DNA from: Acidimicrobiia bacterium
GTDB taxonomy: Bacteria > Actinomycetota > Acidimicrobiia > Spongiisociales > ZC4RG35
Reading direction: 5' to 3'
DNA: 64,000 bases
Assembly (NCBI GenBank): GCA_965203555.1
Contig: CBDBCY010000004.1
Location: 2,208,001 to 2,272,000, forward strand
Positions within the stretch are counted from its first letter, which is position 1, and the number at the start of each line of letters is the position of its first letter. This document shows, one piece after another, positions 37,751 to 48,000 of this stretch. Below the pieces are notes generated by a model. It saw only the letters and a list, made by a program, of their open reading frames with translations, was not told the DNA's origin and did not search any database. A program made the translations under genes and the position numbers.

Positions 37751-38928
37751 ATGCCTGGCTGAGGCCGGCCCAGGCTCGGCTGGTCTCTCCCGAGTATGCA
37801 TGGCGGGTGGTTTCTCCCGATTACGACGCCCTCACGCCCTACGAGCGCTACCGGTGGGCTTCGGAAAACCCCGACTCGTTCTTCAACGCCTTTACTCCTT
37901 CGGTTAGCTGGCCCAACCGCTCCTTCCGCCAACTGGTGAAACAGGCGGCCGATTACCTGGACGGTCAACTCCAAAAGGGCGCCTTCGGTCCGTTGCTGGA
38001 GGGCCTGTTCATCTATCGGATCACTGACAAGGAGCACCAACAGACCGGAGTGGTGGGAGACGCCCCGGTGGCAGCCATGCCCCGACGGCTGATTCCTCAC
38101 GAGACAACCCGCACCGATCGGGAGGAAGAACTGTACAACTACATGGCGGAAGTGCCGTACAGTTCAAACCCGATGAAGTTGGGTTACCAGCCTCGGGAGG
38201 GTATCCACCGGATAGTGGAGACGATCTGTCGAGAGACACCCGACGTGTCGGTCACGCTTGAGGACGGCGCTCAACACCAGGTCTGGGTGGTACCCGAACA
38301 CGCGGCAGCGGGACTGCTGGGGGAGTTTGCCCAGGTTCCCAAGGCTTACATTGTGGACGGCCACCACCGGGCCGCCGCCTCGGTCCGTCATGCAGATCGG
38401 TGCGGGGCCGACGAGAGGCATCCGGCCGGAAGGATGCTGGTCGTGGCTGTCCCGACCAACCAGCTTCGGATTGACCCCTATCACCGTTGGATGTCCGAAG
38501 AGGTGTCGGCGGAGCACTTGGAGGGAAAGCTCGGGGGGGTGAGGACCGAGGCGCGGGCGGCGCGCCGAGGGGAGGCGGTAGCGGTGACCGCTGAAGGTTG
38601 CTGGTCGATCGCATTGTCACCCCGGCAAGGCGAGATGGACGCCGCCGCCCTCTACCGAACGGTACTGAATCCACTGATGGGAGTAACGGACGAGCGAACC
38701 GATTCACGGATGGACTTCATCGCGGACCGGGAAGGCCTAAAGAAAGTCATCGACCGGGTGGCAGAACACGGCGGCGTCGGGTTCATGTTGGCGCCCGCCT
38801 CCATACGCCAGGTGATCCACGCCGCTGACCGTCAGGAGGCGCTTCCTCCCAAGGCCACCTTCTTCGTTCCCAAGCCCCGATCAGGTTTTTTCTTATCCCC
38901 TCGACACGGAGACGTGCTTCCTGATTAG
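37747..38928 (+). CDS. DUF1015-family protein
   Basis: PHETTR, YIVDGHHR, LPPKATFFVPKPRSG; ATGA overlap with serA defines the start. Confidence 0.85.
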   Translation: MNAWLRPAQARLVSPEYAWRVVSPDYDALTPYERYRWASENPDSFFNAFTPSVSWPNRSFRQLVKQAADYLDGQLQKGAFGPLLEGLFIYRITDKEHQQTGVVGDAPVAAMPRRLIPHETTRTDREEELYNYMAEVPYSSNPMKLGYQPREGIHRIVETICRETPDVSVTLEDGAQHQVWVVPEHAAAGLLGEFAQVPKAYIVDGHHRAAASVRHADRCGADERHPAGRMLVVAVPTNQLRIDPYHRWMSEEVSAEHLEGKLGGVRTEARAARRGEAVAVTAEGCWSIALSPRQGEMDAAALYRTVLNPLMGVTDERTDSRMDFIADREGLKKVIDRVAEHGGVGFMLAPASIRQVIHAADRQEALPPKATFFVPKPRSGFFLSPRHGDVLPD

Positions 38929-38953
38929 GAAGCAACCGAGAGCTGAGCGCCGG

Positions 38954-40114
38954 TCACAGTTGTTCCCACAAGCCTCTCGCGGCCATATCAATGACGGTCC
39001 ATGCCATTGTGACCGCACCGTCGAAAATGGCTCGATGTCCTTCTGCGGTGATGGTCTGCCGGGTGAAGCCGGGCTGGTGATTGCCGATCGGAGCGCAATT
39101 GAGGGAGAGCATGGGGTGGATTGAGGGGACCTCGAGGGAAACGTTGCCCATATCGGTGGAGCCGGCTTCCGAGGGGGAGAGGTCGGCGCCGCGACCGAGA
39201 GGCCTCCCCAGAGCTTCGGAGTTGGCGGCATACAACTCTGTCAGCAGGGGATTGCTGATCAACTCGGTGTATCCGTGGCCCAAGGTCTCGACCTCGACCC
39301 GGCATCCGGTGGCCGTAGCCGCAGCCTCGAAGCAGGACACTACTCGCCCTTTCAACACCTCCAGTCGCTCGAATTCCAGGGATCTCACATACCACTTGGA
39401 CCGGGTTAGGGCCGGGACGATGTTGGGCGCCTGGCCCCCCTCGGTGATGATGCCGTGAATCTTGTCGGTGGGCAGTATGTGCTGGCGGAGGGTGGAGAGG
39501 TTGACGTAAGCCTGAACGAATGCGTCGAGGGCATTCAGACCTCGGTGGGGATATGCGGAGGCGTGGGCTTCCTTGCCGTGGTACGTCACGTCCAGTTGGG
39601 TGATGGCGAGAAAGGGAGCATCCACCACATCCCGGGGTGAGGGATGGATCATCATGGCCGCCGAAGCCCCCGCGAATGCCTGGGCGTTGATCAGATCCAC
39701 CTTCCCGCCATAGGCTTCCTCGGCCGGCGTGCCCAGCACGGTGAGCCGAAAGCCGAGCGACTCGACCAGGGGACGCAGAGCCAATCCGGCGCCCACCGCG
39801 GCCGAGGCGATGATGTTGTGACCGCAGGCATGGCCGATATCGGGGAGTGCGTCATATTCGCAGCAGATAATCAATTCTGGACCTTCGGTTCCGGCCCGGG
39901 CCGCGAAGGCGGTCTCCAGGCCGTAGGCGGGATACTCCACCGAGAACCCGTATCCCTCCAGCACTTGCGCGATCCGCCGGGAGGAGTCGTGTTCTTGATA
40001 GGCCAGTTCGGGATGGTCATACATCCAGCGGTTCAAGTTTTCCAGACGAGGTTGCTCATCAGCGACTCGTTCTTTGGCTTGTTCCTTCAGGACGGCAAGT
40101 GCCTGCTCGCTCAT
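38954..40114 (-). CDS. M20D family amidohydrolase (ACY1L2-like)
   Basis: HPEL, EYDALP, GHACGHN, GTPAEE, GSTDMGNVS. Confidence 0.92.
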   Translation of the reverse strand: MSEQALAVLKEQAKERVADEQPRLENLNRWMYDHPELAYQEHDSSRRIAQVLEGYGFSVEYPAYGLETAFAARAGTEGPELIICCEYDALPDIGHACGHNIIASAAVGAGLALRPLVESLGFRLTVLGTPAEEAYGGKVDLINAQAFAGASAAMMIHPSPRDVVDAPFLAITQLDVTYHGKEAHASAYPHRGLNALDAFVQAYVNLSTLRQHILPTDKIHGIITEGGQAPNIVPALTRSKWYVRSLEFERLEVLKGRVVSCFEAAATATGCRVEVETLGHGYTELISNPLLTELYAANSEALGRPLGRGADLSPSEAGSTDMGNVSLEVPSIHPMLSLNCAPIGNHQPGFTRQTITAEGHRAIFDGAVTMAWTVIDMAARGLWEQL

Positions 40115-40253
40115 GACTGCAGTCTCCTCTCTGGTTTCGGGGAGGCTAAGGTGCTGGTCTATCGCTGTCCAGCCAGATTACCAAGGAGACCGGATCCGCT
40201 CTCTGTCTCACTGCTTCGGGGTGGGCTAACCTCGGTTCGGTGGGAGCGATTTG

Positions 40254-40721
40254 ATGGATTTGTCGGAGATGGGACTTTCCGGGCTGAAGCCCTCGGTCGA
40301 GTTCGCCTTTCTGGCCGATGCAGTCCAGGTGGTGGGAGGAAAGCTGTTCGCCCTGGGGGGTGGTTGGGATCAGTTGCTGGTCAGCCGTTTTCCGACTCGG
40401 CACTCGTCGATGGGTATAGGAATGCGCATCACCTTTCCATGGGGTTGGGACAAGTCTCCGGTGAGTATGGGAGTCGATCTCCAGGACGAGGACGGAAGGA
40501 GCATCCTGGGAAAACGGATGCCGCACCGCAAACTTCCGGTCAAGTCACCTCCCGGATTCTCGCCAGGTTCCGTATTCGGATATCCGATGGCATTCACTTT
40601 CAACTCCCTGCCTTTCGAGGCGGCCGGTGACTATTCATTTGTGATCTATTTGGATGATGAGCCTGTGCATCGCCTGAGATTCACGGTGCGGGAGCGCAAG
40701 AGACGCTCGCCCCGCCAATGA
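40254..40721 (+). CDS. Hypothetical beta-rich protein (DUF6941-like)
   Basis: AFLADAVQVVGGKLFALGGGW and LPFEAAGDYSFVIYLD; overlaps the next gene; start uncertain. Confidence 0.7.
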   Translation: MDLSEMGLSGLKPSVEFAFLADAVQVVGGKLFALGGGWDQLLVSRFPTRHSSMGIGMRITFPWGWDKSPVSMGVDLQDEDGRSILGKRMPHRKLPVKSPPGFSPGSVFGYPMAFTFNSLPFEAAGDYSFVIYLDDEPVHRLRFTVRERKRRSPRQ

Positions 40722-41350
40722 ATGCCGGGGGAGCGGCTGGAATAGAGGCGGTGCTGTTTGATCTGGGGGGCGTGGTCTTCGACTCTCCGTTGCACAGGAT
40801 CGCGGCCTTCGAGGAGGACCAGGGTCTTGCGGCAGGTACGGTGGGGCAGATCGTGACGGCTGCGGGCAGTGATGGCGCCTGGGCTCGCCATGAACGGGGA
40901 GAGATCGACTACGAGGTCTTCGTCAAGTTCTTGCGAGAAGAAGCTCGAGAATGGGGAGTGGACCTGGACGTTGCGGAGATGATGAGGCGAATCGAATCCG
41001 ACATCGGGACTCGGCCTCAGATGTTGGAAGCGGTCCGCCGCCTGCGGCGCAACGGCGTCGCGGTAGCCGCTGTCACCAACAATTGGAAGGGGTTGATGAC
41101 ACCTGCGGTGGATCGGCATTTCGACGTTGTCGTCGAGTCCTATTTGGAGGGAGTGCGCAAACCCGAGCCGGAAATCTACCGGCGAACTCTCGCCCGGCTG
41201 AGAGTGGCGCCGCGCCAGGCAGCGATGCTGGATGATATAGGCGCCAACCTCAAGACCGCCCGGAACATGGGCATGTCGACCATCAAGGTGACTGACCCCG
41301 ACGCCGCCTTGGAAGAACTGGGAGCGCTGGTGGGGCTTTCGCTTCTCTAG
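40718..41350 (+). CDS. HAD-superfamily phosphatase
   Basis: FDLGGV, TNNW, RKPEPEIY, LDDIGANL. Confidence 0.92.
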   Translation: MNAGGAAGIEAVLFDLGGVVFDSPLHRIAAFEEDQGLAAGTVGQIVTAAGSDGAWARHERGEIDYEVFVKFLREEAREWGVDLDVAEMMRRIESDIGTRPQMLEAVRRLRRNGVAVAAVTNNWKGLMTPAVDRHFDVVVESYLEGVRKPEPEIYRRTLARLRVAPRQAAMLDDIGANLKTARNMGMSTIKVTDPDAALEELGALVGLSLL

Positions 41351-41368
41351 GAAAGGAATGCCTTTCAA

Positions 41369-42502
41369 ATGACTCTTCCTCCACTGCCCATCGCATACCG
41401 GGACCAGTTCTGCGAACCTGCGGGTTTCATGAATTCGGCAGCCATATCGACAGTTTCCCGACTTGTACAGAGCCGAGTGGCCGCCTACGAAACGGACTTG
41501 TGTTCCGGGACCAAGAATCTGAGCATCCTGCTGATGGAGGCTATGCAGCAGGGCCGGCAGGCAATCGCCGAGCTTTTGAATGTGGAGGCGTCCAGGGTGG
41601 GCATAACCCACAGCACCGGAGCGGCTCTATTCCATGTGGCTTTCGGCTTGAGGGGCGGAAACGTGGTGGCGCCGGCGGCCGAGTTCCCCACCAACCTCTA
41701 CCCGTGGATCCGCGCCAGGGAAGCGGGTTTGGTCGATGAGGTGCGACGGGTCCCGCTGCCGGACCATCGTCTCACCGTGGACCACCTGCGGCCTTTCATC
41801 GACCCCTCCACCAGGGTGGTGGCCGTCAGTCATGTGGATTTTGCCACCGGGTACCGGACGGACCTGGGGAAACTGCGTGAAGCCTTCCCGGCGCCGTTGC
41901 TGGTGGTGGACGCCATCCAGTCTCTGGGAGCTTTCGAGGTGGACGCCACCGCCGCCGACGTGGTGGCCGCCGGCAGCCACAAGTGGCTGAGAGCGGGATT
42001 CGGCGGAGCGGCCATGATCGCGTCTGATCGCGCCATGGAGCGCTTGGAGACCACTCTCACCGGATGGCTGGGGGTGGTCGATCCCTTGGACTTCGAGGCT
42101 CCACCTCCCCATCTTCCCTCTCCCACCGCCTCCCGCTACCAGATGAGCAGTGAGCCGGTGATGGGGGCGGTGGCGCTGCGTGCCGCCTGCGAAGTGATCG
42201 AGATGGCCGGTCTGGAAGCTGTCAGCCGGCACATCTCGGCAGCGATGGACCGTCTGGAAGAAGAACTGGGCAGGTCGGGATGCCAATTGCGGAGACCATG
42301 GAAGAGTGACGAGGAGAGGGCGGGGATTCTCACCTTCCAAGTCCCGGGACAGGCATCGGCGCCGATGGTGGAGTCACTCCGTGAACGAGGAGTGGTGCTG
42401 GCCGATCGAGCCGGATGGCTGAGAGCCTCCCCCCATGCCACCACCACCGAAGAGTCGGTGGCCAGACTCCTGGAGGTGCTGTCATCCTTCCTGCGCCGAT
42501 AG
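41369..42502 (+). CDS. Class V PLP-dependent aminotransferase/desulfurase-like enzyme
   Basis: EFPTN, SHVDFATG, VDAIQSLG, SHKWL, RASPH. Confidence 0.9.
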   Translation: MTLPPLPIAYRDQFCEPAGFMNSAAISTVSRLVQSRVAAYETDLCSGTKNLSILLMEAMQQGRQAIAELLNVEASRVGITHSTGAALFHVAFGLRGGNVVAPAAEFPTNLYPWIRAREAGLVDEVRRVPLPDHRLTVDHLRPFIDPSTRVVAVSHVDFATGYRTDLGKLREAFPAPLLVVDAIQSLGAFEVDATAADVVAAGSHKWLRAGFGGAAMIASDRAMERLETTLTGWLGVVDPLDFEAPPPHLPSPTASRYQMSSEPVMGAVALRAACEVIEMAGLEAVSRHISAAMDRLEEELGRSGCQLRRPWKSDEERAGILTFQVPGQASAPMVESLRERGVVLADRAGWLRASPHATTTEESVARLLEVLSSFLRR

Positions 42503-42629
42503 GGAACAGCGCGCACCCTCCCGTGTGGCGATCGTCGAGCAACCGGCGCATTTCCCTCTTGAAAGCCTTTTGGTTTCCGGTCGACCGATCGGAGCAACCG
42601 GCAAACCTACAATTCGATTCGAGCGCATC

Positions 42630-43070
42630 ATGAGCCATCCAAAGCCTGATCTCGCCGATCCCAGCACGTGGCCGTTCGACGACTACGACTACTGGCTGGA
42701 GAACCATCGCGAGCCGGAGGTGGATATGGAGGATCCCCTGCCCACCGTGGACGACGCGGTGCGCTTGGCCGCGGAGGTTGCCCAAAAGGCCAAGGAGGTT
42801 TACAGCGAGAGGCTGGGTCGGGTGTGGCTGCACGGTTCCCGGGCCCGGGGTGATCACCTGCCCCAATCCGACCTCGACCTCGTGTTGGAAAGAGACCGCC
42901 TGGAAGAGGGGTTCAGCCATATCGACGACGAGTTGCTGCGGTATCAGCAGGAACTGTTGCTCGACCGGATGGTGTGGGTGCAGACCTGGTTTATCGAGCA
43001 TGGTCGATGGGACCGTCTTGACGATTACCAGCTAAAAGGGGTCCGACCGTACGCCATCCGGGTGCTGTGA
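42630..43070 (+). CDS. Minimal nucleotidyltransferase (MNT antitoxin-like)
   Basis: HGSRARGDHLPQSDLDL (GSx10DxD); ATG 42630 preferred, TACAAT at 42608-42613. Confidence 0.85.
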   Translation: MSHPKPDLADPSTWPFDDYDYWLENHREPEVDMEDPLPTVDDAVRLAAEVAQKAKEVYSERLGRVWLHGSRARGDHLPQSDLDLVLERDRLEEGFSHIDDELLRYQQELLLDRMVWVQTWFIEHGRWDRLDDYQLKGVRPYAIRVL

Positions 43071-43471
43071 TGAACAACGGTGAGACCGCCTGGACGCAGA
43101 TGAGAAGAGCGCTGTCCTTCCTGGAGTATGCGGACGACGATCTCCACTCCGGACGCTGGGCGCGCGCTATCTCCAGTTCCTACTACGCAACCTTCCACGC
43201 GGCCAAGGCAGTCCTGGCCTGGACCACAGCCACAGCCAAGACCCATGGCGGGGTGAAACGGTTGTTCTCAAAACACGCGGTGAAGCATTCGGATTTTCCC
43301 TCCGAGGTGGCCGGAACGTTGGGCCGGTTGGAGCAAATGCGCTTGACCGCCGACTACGACGCGGTGGAATGGGAGACCTTCACCATAAAGCAGGCCAGAG
43401 ATGCCACCGACGAGGCGCGGTCCTTTGTCGAGGAAGCCGAGAAGTGGCTGCAGCGTAGGGAGGGGATGTGA
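43067..43471 (+). CDS. HEPN-domain protein
   Basis: SYYATFHAAKA, KTHGGV, RLTADY; overlaps the MNT stop. Confidence 0.88.
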   Translation: MMNNGETAWTQMRRALSFLEYADDDLHSGRWARAISSSYYATFHAAKAVLAWTTATAKTHGGVKRLFSKHAVKHSDFPSEVAGTLGRLEQMRLTADYDAVEWETFTIKQARDATDEARSFVEEAEKWLQRREGM

Positions 43472-43492
43472 GGGTTAGCCCGTCTTGACGGT

Positions 43493-44470
43493 TCATCCGT
43501 TGCTATCTACAGCAGGGTAGGGCGGCAGCTCTGAGACAACGTCCGAAGTCGCCTTTACCAACTCTGCCATGAACTCGGCGAGTTTCTGAGCGGTAAGGTG
43601 TTGTTCTGTTTCTTCGCTATTCCATCCGCCCTCAAGACTCCGGATCAGCTTGGCGGCTTTTCGATCGGGTTTGTGATCTTCCTTGAGGGACAGATTTGTG
43701 GGGAGGCGGTCCTGGAATTCTTGGAGATAGCTCTGATTTCCTTTTGCGTTGGGCCCATCTACATACAGATCCACGTATGTTTTATGCTTGTTGCTTCTAA
43801 TCACCCAAGTTGTGTAGGTTGCCAAGGGTACCTTCACAGATGCCCAATGGCTCTTCGGTATCGACGTGTACTGCCAAACATCGAAAGATCGACAGGCTGC
43901 CGCAACCTGAGGAAGGATCAAGCCCCAGTAGGCCGCTAATTTCCTGTCCTGGACCGAATCGGCTTGACGAGCGGCTTTCGCCCGCTGTGACAGTTCCGAC
44001 GGCCCCACAATCTGGGTAAACATCGGCGCGGGCCGTGAGTTGTCAATCTTTATGGCTTCGACCTGAAACAGGTAGGCGTCGATGTTGGCATTGTCGTTGA
44101 GCCACTGGATGGCCTTGGCATGTTCAGGACGCGCCTTTCCGGCAATCCAGATCACTTTGTCTGCCTGGTATGCGGCCAGGTACGTCAGCAATTTGCCGAG
44201 ATGATCGTGGTCGGTGCCTTCCAGTTGGTTTTCGATGACCACCTTGCCGGGCTCGCCGCGATCGGTGCTGGAGTCACCCACGATATCCACCGAGAATCCG
44301 CCGGCGGCCGCCTCGCGCTCGATTGAGTCGGGATCTATGTCGAAGGGCAGGTTCTCGTTGAGCAGGTCGATATTCCCGGCTAACCAAGGGGTGAAGTCGT
44401 TGGCTTCGTGGGGCCAGACGGTGCGTAGGGCCACCCGCTCCATCTGACCCAGTTCGATTCGCTCTCCCAT
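43493..44470 (-). CDS. PD-(D/E)XK nuclease-like protein (DUF4268-associated type)
   Basis: LRTVWPHEANDFTPWL, VDIV...VIENQLEGTDHDHLGKLLTY; divergent C-terminal domain. Confidence 0.8.
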   Translation of the reverse strand: MGERIELGQMERVALRTVWPHEANDFTPWLAGNIDLLNENLPFDIDPDSIEREAAAGGFSVDIVGDSSTDRGEPGKVVIENQLEGTDHDHLGKLLTYLAAYQADKVIWIAGKARPEHAKAIQWLNDNANIDAYLFQVEAIKIDNSRPAPMFTQIVGPSELSQRAKAARQADSVQDRKLAAYWGLILPQVAAACRSFDVWQYTSIPKSHWASVKVPLATYTTWVIRSNKHKTYVDLYVDGPNAKGNQSYLQEFQDRLPTNLSLKEDHKPDRKAAKLIRSLEGGWNSEETEQHLTAQKLAEFMAELVKATSDVVSELPPYPAVDSNG

Positions 44471-44482
44471 GGTCGGGCCAGT

Positions 44483-44926
44483 TTAGATAGCTACGGCGTC
44501 GTCCAATTCGGCGACCTGTTCGGCTAATTCCGGGAGCGGAAGGGAGTCGCTCACTGTTGCCTGCTCCGGTACGGAGGCGGTGGGGACCGGGTGGTCGGCG
44601 ACCCAGATCACCCTTCGCACCCCTGCTTCCGCAACGGCTTGCGCCCACTGCTCGAAGAGTTCACGGGCGTCGGATGCAAAGGAAATCTCCCGGCCGTCGT
44701 GGGCGGCCTGGCAGACCAGGACCGCGGTGTGGCAGCGAAGGCAGGCGCCTGACACGTGCGAGGTATCCGAGACATCACCCAACGCCACCTTGATGCCCCG
44801 CTCCTTGAGCCGCGCTCCATGCGAAGGCTCGGAGACAAATGCTCTCACTTCCCGATCGGGACCGGCCACCCGGTCGATGATCCGCTCCCCGATGGCAGTG
44901 TCGGCCCCGACCACGATCACCGGCAT
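44483..44926 (-). CDS. Short NAD(P)-binding Rossmann-fold (NmrA-like) protein
   Basis: VIVVGADTAIG, VALGDVSD, GVRRVIW. Confidence 0.75.
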   Translation of the reverse strand: MPVIVVGADTAIGERIIDRVAGPDREVRAFVSEPSHGARLKERGIKVALGDVSDTSHVSGACLRCHTAVLVCQAAHDGREISFASDARELFEQWAQAVAEAGVRRVIWVADHPVPTASVPEQATVSDSLPLPELAEQVAELDDAVAI

Positions 44927-45032
44927 CCCGATGGCTCCCTACCGAAGGTCTTCTGGCTGTTCAATCCGGTATCCGGGTTTTTGACATAGGCGATTTCCGT
45001 TAGGTTAATGGTTTCCTGGCATCGGGGGGCCT

Positions 45033-48000
45033 TTGGAGAAATCAGGTCTAGTCAACAAACCGGGTCACCGCTTCCATCATGACGCCTGCGGGGTGGGATT
45101 GATCGCGGCCCGCAATAGAACGCCTTCCTTCGGGATGACCAGGTTGGCGGTGGAATGCCTGGTGCGGCTCGATCATCGCGGCGCCAGGACCGCCGACGGC
45201 ACGGGCGACGGCGCCGGCATTTTGACCCAGGTTCCCCACCGTTTGCTGAGAAGGCATCTGACCGGCATCGGAATCTCCCCACCCGAACGCCTGGGTGTGG
45301 TCATGGCATTTCTCCCTGCACGCGATACCGAGGCCGGGGAGGAGGTCGTCACGGACGCCCTGGCGCAGGAGGGCATTTCCTTCCTGGCGTGGCGTTCCGT
45401 TCCCAACGATCCCGAGGTGCTCAGCCCTCGCGCCCGAGGTTTGATGCCGGTGATTCGCCAGGCTCTGGTGGAGGTCCCCGAGTATCTCGATTCGGAGGAA
45501 TTCGAGAGGAGGATGCTGCTGGCCAGAAAGCGCATGGAGAGGGAGGGTGAGGGCCTCGAATCCTTCTCGATTCCCAGCGCCTCGGCCGGTACCGTGGTCT
45601 ACAAGGGCCTTTTCACCGCCAAGCGGATCAGTGATTTCTACTGGGATCTGATGGATCCCGACTTTGAGACCTCGTTCGCCATCTTTCACCAGCGGTACTC
45701 GACCAACACCTCTCCTGCCTGGGAGATCGCCCAGCCCTTCCGGTCTCTGGCTCACAACGGGGAGATCAACACCATCTCGGCTAACCGGAGTTGGATCAAG
45801 GGGCGGGAACGCAACGCAAGATCGGAGATCTGGGGAGACCGGTTGAAGGACCTCCGGCCATTCGTGCAGGCCGGCCTCTCGGACTCCGCCAGCCTGGACA
45901 ACGTATTCGAGATACTGTTGCGCTCCGGTCGGTCGTTGGCTCATGTCAAGGAAATGCTCATTCCGCCCGCCCTGGATCGATCCTTCACCCTCAAGTCCGA
46001 GATCCAGGACTTCTACGAATACCACGCCTCTCTGACGGAACCCTGGGACGGCCCGGCAGCGGTGGCGGTCACTGACGGGATCTCGCTTCTGGCCGGAATG
46101 GACCGCAACGGATTGCGTCCGGCTCGTTGGACGATCACTCCCGACATTCTGATAGTGGCTTCGGAAGCAGGCGTATGCCCCGCCGAAGAGGCAAAGGCGG
46201 AGCGGACCGGGCAACTGGGACCGGGAGAGGCTCTGCTCTTTGATGGGCGCAGTGGCGAGATCCGTTTCAGCGACGAGATACGCTCTGAATTGTCACAACT
46301 CCACCCCTACGGGGAGTGGACCCAGCACCAAACTCTGTACGTCCAAAAGCCATTCTCGGCCCAGGTCCGCTTCGAGTTGGAACATGAGCGGCTGTGCCGG
46401 GTTTTCGGATACACCGCCGAAGAGCGGCGCTTGATTCTCACTGAGATGGCACTGGGGAAGAGCCCTCTTGGATCCATGGGCAATGACACTCCTCTGGCTG
46501 CCTTCTCGGGACGTCCCCGCCGGCTGAGCCACTATTTCCATCAACTCTTCGCCCAGGTGACCAATCCCCCCATGGACCCCATCCGGGAGAAGGCGGTGAT
46601 GTCGCAACGCACCTATCTGGGAGGACGGGGGTCGTTCCTGGAAGATACCTACCGGCCATTTGCCCGCATAGAGCTGATGTCCCCGGTGCTTTCCCTGGCC
46701 GAGTTGGAGACTGTGGTCAGATCAGGCGATTCTCGTCTTTTCTCTCATTGGATTCCATGCGTTTGGCCGGTTACCGAGGGCCGGGGGGGGATGAAACGAA
46801 GGTTGGACGAGATCTGCGAGGAGGCGGTGCAGGCGACCGAACAGGGGGCCAGCATCATTGTCCTTTCCGATCGGGAGGTGGATGCAGACCATGCCCCCAC
46901 TCCCATGATGCTGGCGGTGGGGGCGGTCCACAAACGCCTGATAGAGACAGGGCTTCGGCTGCAGGTCTCCATAGTGGCCGTGTCCGGGGAAACCCGGGAC
47001 AGTCACGATCTGGCCTGCCTGGTGGCTTACGGCGCCTCGGCCGTGAACCCGTACCTGGCTATTCGTGAGGTCATGCAGATGGCCCGTGACCGGGTGTTGA
47101 AGGTGAATCCGGTGGAAGCCCAGGAGAATTACCGAAACGCTTTGCAGAACGGTCTGTTGAAGGTGATGTCCAAGATGGGGATCTGCACGGTTTCGGCATA
47201 CCGGGGAGGCGAATTGTTCGAAGCCCTGGGTCTGGATGCGGAGGTGTTGGAATACGCCTTTCCCAACACGCCCAGCAGGCTTTCGGGCCGCAGCTTCGAT
47301 CACCTCGCTTGGAATGTGCTCAGATTGCACTCGCAGTACGGGTCGGGAGTGGAGGCGCCGGGCGGTTTCTACAAACAGCGGGGCCGGGGAGAGTTCCATG
47401 TAACGAGCCCCAGCGTGGTGCTGGCCCTGCAAAAGGCCGCCCGGGCAGGGGACCATCACAATTGGGATCGCTACCTGCAAACCATCCAGCGCAGACCGGT
47501 AACTCACATACGGGACTTGCTCACCTTCGTGGAACGAACTCCGGTGCTGCTGTCGGAAGTCGAGCCGGCCGAGGAGATCATGCGCCGCTTCGTCACCTCG
47601 GCGATGTCTCACGGCGCGCTTTCCAAGGAAGCGCACGAAGCCTTGGCCCAGGCGATGACCCTGATCGGCGGGAATTCCAACTCCGGAGAAGGAGGGGAAG
47701 GCACCGACCGGTACGACACGCCTCGCAACTCTTCGATCAAGCAGGTCGCCAGCGGTCGGTTCGGGGTTACGCCCGGTTATCTCCACTCCGCCAGCGAACT
47801 GCAGATCAAGATGGCGCAGGGTTCCAAGCCCGGGGAAGGAGGCCAGCTACCCGGCCATAAGGTATCTCCGGAGATTGCCCGCCTGCGCCACACCAAACCG
47901 GGGGTGACTCTCATCTCCCCTCCGCCACACCACGACATCTATTCCATCGAAGATCTTGCCCAACTCATCTACGACCTGAAGACCTTCAAGCCGTCGGTGA

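Noticed and set aside
41369-42502. Calling this gene sufS/iscS or serC
   Set aside because: Lacks the C-terminal catalytic Cys motif of desulfurases and does not resemble SerC; only class V PLP membership is supported.
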